DNA from: Candidatus Shapirobacteria bacterium GW2011_GWF2_37_20
Lineage (GTDB): Bacteria; Patescibacteriota; Microgenomatia; UBA12405
NCBI GenBank assembly: GCA_000989305.1
Contig: LBTB01000008.1
Coordinates: 1-57,828 of the forward strand
Reading direction: 5' to 3'
Length of the DNA: 57,828 nucleotides
This document shows positions 38,027 through 46,268 of the stretch, piece by piece (position 1 is the first letter of the stretch; every line of letters begins with the position of its first letter). A program made the translations under genes and the position numbers. The notes under the pieces are model-generated. The model made no database searches, had not been told where the DNA came from, and saw only the letters and a program-made list of their open reading frames with translations.

Positions 38027-38737
38027 CTATTTTCCCATTCTTCTTTCCCGATCCTGATACCAGATTATTACCTTTTCCATTTCTTTTGGGCCAAAATCCG
38101 GCCACAGAATATCGGTAAAATACAGCTCAGCGTATGACATTTGCCACAGGAGAAAATTACTCAATCTAAATTCTCCGCCTGGCCTGATTACTAAATCAGG
38201 ATCCGGTTGGTTTTTAGTATATAAATAATCAGACACTAAAGCTTCATCAATTTTATTTACCGGCACTTTATCCGCAACTATCCGTCTAATTGCCGTCACT
38301 ATTTCATCCCGACTGCCGTAATTCAAAGCCACGTTAAACTGTATTTTTTCTTCGACCACCACCATTTTAATAATTTTTTTAATTGCCTCCTTGACCTTAA
38401 AAGGAAATGCTTGAAAATTTCCGATTACAAAAAATTTAATTCCTGATTTTCTATACTGTTCCGCCTTTTCTCTGACAATTTTTATCAGTAAATTAAACAA
38501 ACCTCTAACTTCGCCTGGCGCTCTTTTCCGCCAGTTTTCCGTCGATAAGGCGTAAACGGTCAAATTTTTTATACCAATATCCCGACAATACTCCACAATT
38601 TTCTGTAAATTCTCTGATCCGGCCTCATGACCCTTACCGTCAGGTAAATTACGTTGCCTGGCCCATCTCCGGTTGCCATCCATAATAATGGCGATGTGTT
38701 TTGGTAAATTATTGGGATCTATTTTCTTTTTAACCAT
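38027..38737 (-). CDS. uppS: isoprenyl transferase (undecaprenyl-diphosphate synthase family)
   Basis: HIAIIMDGNRRWA, LTVYALSTENWKR, IRPGGEFRLSNFLLWQ. Confidence 0.9.
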   Translation of the reverse strand: MVKKKIDPNNLPKHIAIIMDGNRRWARQRNLPDGKGHEAGSENLQKIVEYCRDIGIKNLTVYALSTENWRKRAPGEVRGLFNLLIKIVREKAEQYRKSGIKFFVIGNFQAFPFKVKEAIKKIIKMVVVEEKIQFNVALNYGSRDEIVTAIRRIVADKVPVNKIDEALVSDYLYTKNQPDPDLVIRPGGEFRLSNFLLWQMSYAELYFTDILWPDFGPKEMEKVIIWYQDRERRMGK

Positions 38738-38796
38738 ATCTATTAAGTCGTTACTTTATTTAAAACTATTTAATCTAAGTTGAACAGGGTATTTTA

Positions 38797-38825
38797 CCAC
38801 AAAAAATCCCCCAAAATGGGGGATT
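38797..38825 (-). terminator. rho-independent terminator downstream of 16S rRNA
   Basis: Perfect 9-bp hairpin AATCCCCCA/TGGGGGATT (38805-38813 / 38817-38825, 3-nt loop), followed on the minus strand by a T-run. Confidence 0.6.
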
Positions 38826-38830
38826 AGTTG

Positions 38831-38873
38831 AAATTCAGACTTCATTATTAGCCAGATTGTTAGTACCAGAAAG
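38831..38873 (-). repeat. 3' arm of 16S processing stem (inverted repeat partner of 40444-40486)
   Basis: AAATTCAGACTTCATTATTAGCCAGATTGTTAGTACCAGAAAG is near-complementary to the arm upstream of the 16S. Together they would enclose the rRNA in a long RNase III-type stem. Confidence 0.65.
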
Positions 38874-38911
38874 GTAATGAGTAGTTCCAACTTTCGCTGG
38901 AACAAAACCTC

Positions 38912-40407
38912 AAAGGAGGTGATCCATCCGCACCTTCCAGTACGGATACCTTGTTACGACTTAACCCTCATCGCTGGATTTACCTTAGCCCCACATAAAG
39001 TAGAGTTTTGGGTACCCCCAACTTTGCTGATTTGACGGGCAGTGTGTGCAAGAGGCGAGAACGTATTCACCGCACGCTGCTGATGTGCGATTACTACCAA
39101 TTCCGGGTTCATGCAGGCGAGTTTCAGCCTGCAATCCCAACTGAGGGCTAGTTTAGGGATTAGCTCCACCTTGCGGTCTTGCAACCCTCTGTTATAGCCC
39201 ATTGTAGGATGTGTGTAGCCCTGGATATAAGCATCATGATGACTTGACGTCGTCCCCTCCTTCCTCCTAACAAAATAATGCTAGGCAGTCTTCTGTGACA
39301 CAATAACACAGAACGGGGGTTGCGCTCGTTACCTCACTTAAGAGAACAACTCACGTCACGAGCTGACGACAGCCATGCAACAGCTGTGTACCACCCTCGA
39401 AGGATGTCCCGATTTCTCGGGATTTGCAGGTACATTTCAAACCCAGGTAAGGTTCATCGCTTTGTATCGAATTGAACCACATGCTCCACTGGTTGTGCGC
39501 CTCCCCGCCAATTCGTTTGAGTTTCGGCCTTGCGGCTATACTCCCCAGGCGATCCGTTTAACGCGTTTGCTAACATCCCCCCCAATAAAAATTGAGAAGA
39601 ACTAACGGACAATGTTTACGGCTAGGACTACTCAGGTCTCTAATCTGATTTGCTACCCTAGCTTTCGTCTCTGAACGTCAGTAAATACCTAGTTACCCGC
39701 CTTCGCGCTTGGTGTTCTTTTTAGTATCCACGGATTTAACCCCTACACTAAAAATTCCAGTAACCCCGATACCACTCTAGTCTTCCAGTATCCTGCCCCT
39801 CCCCTCGATTAAGTCGAGGTCTTTGAAACAAGACTTAGAAAACCGTCTACAGACCCTTTACGCCCAATAAATCCGAGTAACGCTTGTAGCCTACGTATTA
39901 CCGCGACTGCTGGCACGTAGTTAGTAGCTACTTATTCTGGTGGCCTTCATGGCCGCCAAAAAGGAGTTTACAACCCTAGGGTCTTCATCCTCCACGCGGT
40001 GTCGCTGCGTCAGACTTTCGTCCATTGCGCAAAATTCCTAACTGCTGCCACCCGTAGGTGTATGGGCCGTGTCTCAGTCCCATTGTGCCAGACTCTCCGC
40101 TAAGAGCTGGTAACCGTCATAGCCTTGGTAAGCCGTTACCTTACCAACAAGCTGGTAGTAAATAGGCCGTTTTCGTAGTGACTTGCGTCTTTCACCCGTA
40201 GGCGTATGGGAAATTACCCCCTCTTTCGAGGGGCTATGCCCCGCTTCGAAGTACGTTCCTATTTTATACTCACCCGTTTGCCACTATCCGGCGCCCTTCA
40301 CCAAAGAATTAGAGCATCCCTTGGTGAAGAACGAAAGATCGTTCGACTTGCATGTCTTAGGCACACCGCCAGCGTTCACCCTGAGCCACGATCAAACTCT
40401 TAGTACA
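38912..40407 (-). rRNA. rrs: 16S ribosomal RNA (about 1.5 kb, no insertion)
   Basis: The reverse complement starts AGAGTTTGATCGTGGCTCAG (40381-40400) and ends GGATCACCTCCTTT (38912-). Conserved blocks occur throughout. Confidence 0.95.
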
Positions 40408-40443
40408 AAAATTGAAAATGAAATACCGAATATATCGGTGTCA

Positions 40444-40486
40444 CTTTCTGGTACTAACGAAATGGCTAAAAAATGAAGCTGAATTT
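40444..40486 (-). repeat. 5' arm of 16S processing stem
   Basis: The reverse complement of CTTTCTGGTACTAACGAAATGGCTAAAAAATGAAGCTGAATTT matches 38831-38873 with a few mismatches or bulges. Confidence 0.65.
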
Positions 40487-40528
40487 GTTAAAGAACAAGA
40501 ACAAAAATAAGTCCCGATTAAATCGGGG
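40485..40528 (-). promoter_or_regulatory. rrn leader: BoxB-like hairpin plus BoxA-like antitermination element
   Basis: The minus strand reads CCCGAT-TTA-ATCGGG (hairpin, 40513-40527), then TGTTCTTTAACAA (40485-40497). That differs by one base from the E. coli BoxA consensus TGCTCTTTAACAA. Two overlapping TATAAT hexamers lie just upstream (about 40536-40546). Confidence 0.5.
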
Positions 40529-40541
40529 TAGAGGTATTATA

Positions 40542-41591
40542 TTATAAATTTACAATTTGTGCAGTAGGTAAGTTGATTTCCTCAGCAGAAGTAAAAATGG
40601 TTTGGTATTTCCGGCATATCTCAATCACTATCTGTCTGTGATTTTCGTCTAATTCTGAAAAAATATCATCCAGTAATAATATTGGTTCTTCTTTATATTG
40701 TTCTTCAAGATAATTGATTTGAGCCAGCCTCAAAGCTAAAACAGCTAATCTCTGTTGTCCTCTTGACCCCCAAAACGCCAAATTTTTGTCTTCAGTTTGA
40801 AAATCAGCATAGTCAATTGAAAAATCATCTAAATGTGGTCCGCATTTACTGTGTCCTGCCGCAACTTCTAGAGGATATAGTTTTTCCAGTTTTTCCAAAG
40901 TTACGCTTGAAGCTTGATACTTAATATAAAATTTGTTTATTTCCTTGTCTTGGTGGCTAAGAAAAAAGTCGTTTGCCGATTTAACCCAATTAAATCTAAG
41001 ATTTTGAATAATTTCGGCATTTTTTATCAAAGATTGGTCCCAATAGAACAGTTCAGTTTTTTGTGCCTTACCGGAAGCGATGATATCGAGTAACTCATTT
41101 CGGTGTTTTAGAGCTTTATGGTACTGAGATAGCGCACTAGCATAGCGCCATTCTATATTGGCAAATACTCCGTCCAAAAATTCTCTTCTTCGCCCCGGCG
41201 AACCATTGACCAACCTGATATCTTCAGGCTCAAAAACAACAATTTTTGCTTTTCCCCAATATTTAGCTCTGGTTTTTACCACTTTATCAATTAAGAATCG
41301 TCTTTTTAAGCTTCCACTATCTTCTCTCCACAGTTGAACCTCAATTTCGCTTTCACCGTCTTTATCATTTATTTTTGCTCGCACGCTACTTACTTTTTCA
41401 CCCCATTTTATCAATTGTCCTGAGCTTGATGATCTAAAGCTTTTACCGGAAGATAGAAAGTAAATTGCTTCTAATAAATTCGTTTTTCCACTTCCATTTT
41501 TTCCTAAAATTAAATTAGCCTTTTTATCAAACTCCACCAACTTCTTGTCGTATGACCTAAAGTTTTGTACCAATATCTTGCTGATATACAT
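40542..41591 (-). CDS. recF: DNA replication and repair protein RecF
   Basis: Walker A GKNGSGKTNLLEAIYFL, signature FWGSRGQQR and Walker B ILLLDDIFSELD. Confidence 0.9.
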   Translation of the reverse strand: MYISKILVQNFRSYDKKLVEFDKKANLILGKNGSGKTNLLEAIYFLSSGKSFRSSSSGQLIKWGEKVSSVRAKINDKDGESEIEVQLWREDSGSLKRRFLIDKVVKTRAKYWGKAKIVVFEPEDIRLVNGSPGRRREFLDGVFANIEWRYASALSQYHKALKHRNELLDIIASGKAQKTELFYWDQSLIKNAEIIQNLRFNWVKSANDFFLSHQDKEINKFYIKYQASSVTLEKLEKLYPLEVAAGHSKCGPHLDDFSIDYADFQTEDKNLAFWGSRGQQRLAVLALRLAQINYLEEQYKEEPILLLDDIFSELDENHRQIVIEICRKYQTIFTSAEEINLPTAQIVNL

Positions 41592-41633
41592 CTTCTGCCT
41601 ATTATATCCGATAATTCCAAAATTTTCCTTAAG

Positions 41634-41705
41634 TCCAACTGGTAGGAGTTGAACCTACTTAAAACGGTTTTACAGACCGCTGCCTTACCGTCCGGCACCA
41701 GTTGG
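41634..41705 (-). tRNA. tRNA-Tyr (GUA), class I architecture
   Basis: Hand fold of the reverse complement: CCAACTG GT GCCG GACGGTA AGGC A GCGGT CTGTAAA ACCGT TTTAA GTAGG TTCAACT CCTAC CAGTTGG A. 72 nt, 5-nt variable region, C1:G72, A73. Confidence 0.85.
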
Positions 41706-41831
41706 ATGTGAGTGATTATATCAATATTTTCCCAACCAATCCATGACAATAGTAAATTATCATTCTCCGGATCTACTTATATCTTATAAGATAGTATATT
41801 ATACAAAAATGGTGTATAATTATCACTAACT

Positions 41832-42179
41832 ATGACCGAAAGAATGGTTAAATTAGATAAAAACGTTATATTTCCTACAGGTTATCCTAGAAAAGAATCT
41901 TCGATTAATGTTGGAAGGGTAACAAGACTTGAGGACTTGTCTCTTTGGGATATTATGGTTGACGATATTGATGGTCTCCTCTTTGTATTTGAAGGCAATC
42001 ACCGTGTTGGAAGAGCTTTAGAATTGGCTGAAGGACAGGAAATACCCTTAGATGTTGAGCGAGTCTCTTTTCAAAGAAAAGCTGAAATATTAGCTTTTCA
42101 GGATAAGATGGCGAATAACGGAATAAGAAATTACCCCGACTTTATTCAAAGAATGCAACAGCTCAGAAAAGAAAAATAA
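41832..42179 (+). CDS. hypothetical protein, possible ParB/Srx-fold
   Basis: LLFVFEGNHRVGRALE weakly resembles the DGxHR motif of ParB-like nuclease domains. Otherwise unassigned. Confidence 0.35.
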   Translation: MTERMVKLDKNVIFPTGYPRKESSINVGRVTRLEDLSLWDIMVDDIDGLLFVFEGNHRVGRALELAEGQEIPLDVERVSFQRKAEILAFQDKMANNGIRNYPDFIQRMQQLRKEK

Positions 42180-42210
42180 TCTCTCATGCTGATTAAGTTA
42201 TACTAGTTTC

Positions 42211-42972
42211 ATGCGTCTCATTTCTTGGAATCTGGCTGGTATGCGTGCGGCTATCAAAAAAGGTCTCTTCGATTTTATGGAAACTGATAATGCCGACATT
42301 TATTGTTTTCAGGAGGTTAAAGCCCGTTCAGATCAAGTGCCCCTAATCGAATGCCCTGACGGTTATCACAAATTTTGGAACCCGGCCGCCAAAGCCGGCT
42401 ATTCCGGTGTCGCCACCTTTACCAAAATGGAGCCAAAGTCAGTCATCATTGGCGACCGAGACAATGATTGGGATGACGAAGGTCGGGTGATTATTACCAA
42501 ATTTGATGAATTTACTTTGCTCAATGTTTATTTTCCCAACGGTCAACGGGATCTTGGTCGACTCAATTTTAAAATGAAATTTTATGATTATTTTTTGCAA
42601 TATATTGACGACTTGCGGGACAGGGGAGAGAAGGTAATTTTCTGTGGCGATGTCAATACTGCCCACAGCGAAATTGATTTAGCCCGACCAAAAGACAACA
42701 TTAAAACTTCCGGCTTCTTACCGATAGAACGTGCTTGGATGAATAAATTAGTTGCTCATAATTGGACTGATACATACCGTATCAAAAATAAAGACAAAAT
42801 TGAGTATTCCTGGTGGTCTCAGCGCTCCGGAGCCCGTCCCCGAAACGTTGGTTGGCGCATTGATTATTTCTTTATTGACAGTGCCCTAAAATCAAAAATT
42901 ACTGACGCTTTTATTCTCCCTGATGTAATGGGGAGTGACCACTGTCCGGTTGGTATTGAGATAAATATTTAG
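42211..42972 (+). CDS. xth: exodeoxyribonuclease III
   Basis: SWNLAGMRA, FQEVK, CGDVNTAH, WSQR..AR..N.GWRIDY, SDHCPV. Confidence 0.9.
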   Translation: MRLISWNLAGMRAAIKKGLFDFMETDNADIYCFQEVKARSDQVPLIECPDGYHKFWNPAAKAGYSGVATFTKMEPKSVIIGDRDNDWDDEGRVIITKFDEFTLLNVYFPNGQRDLGRLNFKMKFYDYFLQYIDDLRDRGEKVIFCGDVNTAHSEIDLARPKDNIKTSGFLPIERAWMNKLVAHNWTDTYRIKNKDKIEYSWWSQRSGARPRNVGWRIDYFFIDSALKSKITDAFILPDVMGSDHCPVGIEINI

Positions 42973-43066
42973 TGTTAAAATTAATTATGATAAATTTTGG
43001 TCCTGATACTGATACCTCACCAAAACTATGTTTTGGCCCAGGAACCATCGGTGCTATCGATGAAGG

Positions 43067-43747
43067 CTAAACAATAAACTTTTTTGTACCCTCTCTTTTT
43101 AACCACAAATTATTTTTGTGCCAGTTATTGTCATAATGTGCGAGTAATTCCCAAAAAGATTTCGAATGATTTCTGACCGTCAAATGCGTCAATTCGTGCA
43201 ATATAATATGTTCAAAAATTTCAACCGGCAATAAAATTATTTGCCAATTAAAATTCAAACTACCACTATGTGAACATGACCCAAATCGTGAACTTTGATT
43301 TTTGACACTTACTTTTACATAATCCAAATCATATTTATTTGCCAATCTTTTTACATTTTCTTTAATTAATCTTAGTGCTAAAATCCTCATTTTTTTATCA
43401 ATAATTTGCTTAATTTTACTTTTTTCAGAGTAATTAACAAATATTTTTTTATCGATAATTACCAGTGAATCTCTCGAACTTTTCTTTGTCTCCACTTCGT
43501 AACTCTCTCCTAATATTGTTATCTTCTTAATGTTACTTAATCTTTTTTTATGTTTTAGTTTTTCGTTTTGATTAAGAATCCACTCCCGGTTATCGCTTAA
43601 AAATTTTTTAATTAAAATTTTAGGTGTTATCCATGAGGTACTGATTTCAATTTTGTTTTTTTCTTTTAATCGCAGTCGCAGTGATCTCATCGACTTTCTC
43701 TTTATCTCCAAGCTAAACTCTTTGCCTCCAATTAGAATTTTTTCCAT
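43067..43747 (-). CDS. YgjP-like (DUF45/M48-type) metallopeptidase
   Basis: HELTHL zinc motif followed by NHSKSFWELL. Family-typical length. Confidence 0.8.
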   Translation of the reverse strand: MEKILIGGKEFSLEIKRKSMRSLRLRLKEKNKIEISTSWITPKILIKKFLSDNREWILNQNEKLKHKKRLSNIKKITILGESYEVETKKSSRDSLVIIDKKIFVNYSEKSKIKQIIDKKMRILALRLIKENVKRLANKYDLDYVKVSVKNQSSRFGSCSHSGSLNFNWQIILLPVEIFEHIILHELTHLTVRNHSKSFWELLAHYDNNWHKNNLWLKREGTKKFIV

Positions 43748-43769
43748 AAATGATAATATATTATAAGGG

Positions 43770-44216
43770 ATGATATATATTGCAGCAGATCACCGGGGTT
43801 TCCGGCTTAAAGAAGAGCTTAAAAAATGGCTTGAAACAGAATTGTACGAGTTTCGGGATTTGGGTGCCATCGAATATGATCGGGATGACGACTATCCGGA
43901 AATTGCCATTAAATTAGGTGAAACCGTGGTCCAAGACCAGGGTCGCGGTATCCTCATTTGTGGCTCCGGTGCCGGTGCTTCTATTGCTATCAACAAGGTT
44001 GTGGGCATTAGGGCTGGTTTATGCACCTCGGTCAAACAAGTTATTGCCGCCAGAACTGACGATAATATCAATGTTCTTTGTTTAAGTTCTGATTGGGTTT
44101 CCGCAGAAGACAATCAAAAAATCACCGAAAATTTTTTAAATACTTTTTTTTCTTCAGAGGAGCGTCATCTCCGTCGTATTAATCAAATAAAAGACTATGA
44201 AACTAAGAAGCGTTAA
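43770..44216 (+). CDS. rpiB: ribose-5-phosphate isomerase B (RpiB/LacA/LacB family)
   Basis: IYIAADHRGF, ILICGSGAGASIAINK, RAGLC. Confidence 0.85.
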   Translation: MIYIAADHRGFRLKEELKKWLETELYEFRDLGAIEYDRDDDYPEIAIKLGETVVQDQGRGILICGSGAGASIAINKVVGIRAGLCTSVKQVIAARTDDNINVLCLSSDWVSAEDNQKITENFLNTFFSSEERHLRRINQIKDYETKKR

Positions 44217-45207
44217 CGAAGTTTTACCCCAAACCAAGGTCGTTTTACGCCTAGATCTTGATTTGCCTTTTTCGGATAATACTATTTTAGACAATTCCCG
44301 GCTTCATAAGTCTCTTCCTACCATTGAACTATTGCTTGAAAAAAAATGTAAATTATTGATTATTGGACATCGGGGTCGTCCTAATGGTGTTGATGAAAAA
44401 CAAACTCTTCGACCGGTCTATTTAGAATTGATGTCTCTTTTGGGACCAGATAATGAAAGTCTGATTGAAAGTGTTTTTCTCCCGGAAATTAATCTTGAAC
44501 AAATTGATCAGGCCATGGCCATAAATCAAATTGTATTCCTGGAAAATCTTCGTTTTTGGCCTGGAGAAGAGAGTAATGATCCCGATTTTCTCGCTCCCTT
44601 AACCACCCTTTGCCAGGCCTACGTCAACGATGCCTTTGCGGTTGCTCACCGCACCCACGCTTCAATCACTCTCTGGCAAAAACTCCCCGGTTTTTATGGT
44701 CTTAGTTTTTTGGATGAATATTCTCACCTGGAAACATTGACTAATTCACCCCATCCTTTTACTCTAATTTTAGGTGGGGCCAAAGAAGACAAGTTAAAAC
44801 ATCTCGATAAACTTATTTCTGTTTGCGACCAAATTTTGATTGGTGGCAAATTACCCCAATTTTTAACCTTCACTGATTCCAAAATATTACCGGCCACTTT
44901 AACTCCTGACACCTTTGATATTGATGCCCCCTCAATCAACAAATTCACTGAAATAATAAATAGTTCAAAAACAATAATCTGGGCAGGTGCTATGGGTTAT
45001 TATGAAGATCCAAAATATAGAAACGGTACTGAAAAAATTGCTTCTGCAATTGCTAATACTAATGCCTATAAAGTAATTGCCGGTGGTGACACTTCCGCTT
45101 CTGTCGCTAAATTAAACCTCAAAGACAAATTTGATTTTATCTGTTCCGGTGGGGGAGTTCTCCTGGAATTTTTAGTAAATCAAAACTTACCCGCTTGGTC
45201 AAAATAG
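44197..45207 (+). CDS. pgk: phosphoglycerate kinase (compact, 336 aa)
   Basis: RLDLDLP, GHRGRP, LENLRFWPGEE, YVNDAFAVAHR, ILGGAK, WAGAMGYYE, GGDT, SGGGVLLEFL. Confidence 0.85.
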   Translation: MKLRSVNEVLPQTKVVLRLDLDLPFSDNTILDNSRLHKSLPTIELLLEKKCKLLIIGHRGRPNGVDEKQTLRPVYLELMSLLGPDNESLIESVFLPEINLEQIDQAMAINQIVFLENLRFWPGEESNDPDFLAPLTTLCQAYVNDAFAVAHRTHASITLWQKLPGFYGLSFLDEYSHLETLTNSPHPFTLILGGAKEDKLKHLDKLISVCDQILIGGKLPQFLTFTDSKILPATLTPDTFDIDAPSINKFTEIINSSKTIIWAGAMGYYEDPKYRNGTEKIASAIANTNAYKVIAGGDTSASVAKLNLKDKFDFICSGGGVLLEFLVNQNLPAWSK

Positions 45208-45233
45208 AAATTTGATTTGTTGTATCATTAATT

Positions 45234-46268
45234 ATGGTTACTAAAAAATTACGGATTGGTATCAATGGTTTTGGCCGTATTGGCACCGTAGCTCTCCGAG
45301 CAACTCTAATGGAAAAATATGATGTCGAAGTTGCAGCCATTAATACAAAAGGGGATCTTGACATGGAGGCTTTTGCCTATCAATTTAAATATGATTCAGT
45401 TTATGGGCGTTTCCCTGGAAAAATTTCTTTTTCGGAACCGGAAAAAGGTGGAGAAATCGGCCGTTTGCTAATTAATGATTTAGCTATTCCTTTTTTGGTC
45501 GAAACCGATCCTTCTCGAATTCCCTGGAAAAATTATGGTGTCGACATAGTTTTGGAGTGCACCGGTGCTTTTACCGATTCAAAAGCTGCCCTCCATCTTA
45601 AGGGTGGTGCTAAAAAAGTTATTATTTCTGCTCCGGCCAAAGATCCTAAAATTCCCGTTTATATCTTAGGAGTTAACGAAAATTCATATCACGGTGAAAC
45701 TGTTATTTCCAATGGTTCTTGTACCACCAACTGTGTCGCTCCGATTGTAAAGCTAGTCGATCAAAAAATTGGCTTTCAGGAAGGCGCTTTAACCACCATC
45801 CATGCCTATACTACCAATCAAAATATTGTCGACGGTTCCGGTAAAGATCCTCGTCGAGCTCGTGCCGCTGCCATCAATATTGTTCCCACTTCAACTGGCG
45901 CCGCCGAGGCAGTTATCGCTTGTTATCCTGAAGCCCAGGGCCGCTTTATCGGTACGGCTATCAGAGTCCCTGTTGTTTGTGGTTCATACTCTGATCTAAC
46001 TTTTAAATTAGTCCGTTCTACTACCATCGAAGAAATTAACACTATTTTCGAAGACGCCTCTTGTCAAACAACTTTGGTTGGAAAATTAAAAGTTTCTTAT
46101 GAACCACTGGTTTCTTCCGACATTATCGGTAATAATGCTTCTTGTATCATTGATTCCCGGATGACAAAAGTCGTTTCTGATGACATGATTTCCATTGGTG
46201 CTTGGTATGACAATGAATACGGTTACTCCTGTCGCCTTATCGAAATGGCACTTCACATATGGAAATAA
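45234..46268 (+). CDS. gap: type I glyceraldehyde-3-phosphate dehydrogenase
   Basis: INGFGRIG, SNGSCTTNC, WYDNEYGYS. Confidence 0.9.
   Translation: MVTKKLRIGINGFGRIGTVALRATLMEKYDVEVAAINTKGDLDMEAFAYQFKYDSVYGRFPGKISFSEPEKGGEIGRLLINDLAIPFLVETDPSRIPWKNYGVDIVLECTGAFTDSKAALHLKGGAKKVIISAPAKDPKIPVYILGVNENSYHGETVISNGSCTTNCVAPIVKLVDQKIGFQEGALTTIHAYTTNQNIVDGSGKDPRRARAAAINIVPTSTGAAEAVIACYPEAQGRFIGTAIRVPVVCGSYSDLTFKLVRSTTIEEINTIFEDASCQTTLVGKLKVSYEPLVSSDIIGNNASCIIDSRMTKVVSDDMISIGAWYDNEYGYSCRLIEMALHIWK

Noticed and set aside
38912-40407. Intron or insertion in the 16S gene (common in CPR)
   Set aside because: The distance between the AGAGTTTGATC 5' block and the CACCTCCTTT 3' end is about 1.5 kb, and the conserved blocks are contiguous. 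There is no room for an insertion.
38954-40476. Track ORFs inside the 16S gene (38954-39202 minus strand; 39375-39605, 40183-40476 and 40206-40403 plus strand)
   Set aside because: They lie wholly within a clearly recognisable 16S rRNA and have no protein-like features. They are chance ORFs.
40501-40528. Hairpin after recF interpreted as a recF terminator that would leave no room for a 16S promoter
   Set aside because: The hairpin is followed by a BoxA-like element and sits downstream of TATAAT hexamers, so it is more economically read as the BoxB-like part of the rrn leader. A dual role cannot be excluded.
41510-41749. 79-aa minus-strand ORF spanning the recF start region and tRNA-Tyr
   Set aside because: It overlaps a well-folded tRNA and the recF 5' end, and its composition is implausible. 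It is spurious. The same applies to the ORF 1823-2005, which overlaps tRNA-Cys.
42987-43070. 27-aa ORF (MINFGPDTDTSPKLCFGPGTIGAIDEG) and hairpins in the xth / DUF45-peptidase intergenic region
   Set aside because: It is very short, has no clear ribosome-binding site, and overlaps the convergent gene's stop. The 7-bp stems (TTTTGGT/ACCAAAA and CCAAAAC/GTTTTGG) are more simply weak bidirectional terminator elements.
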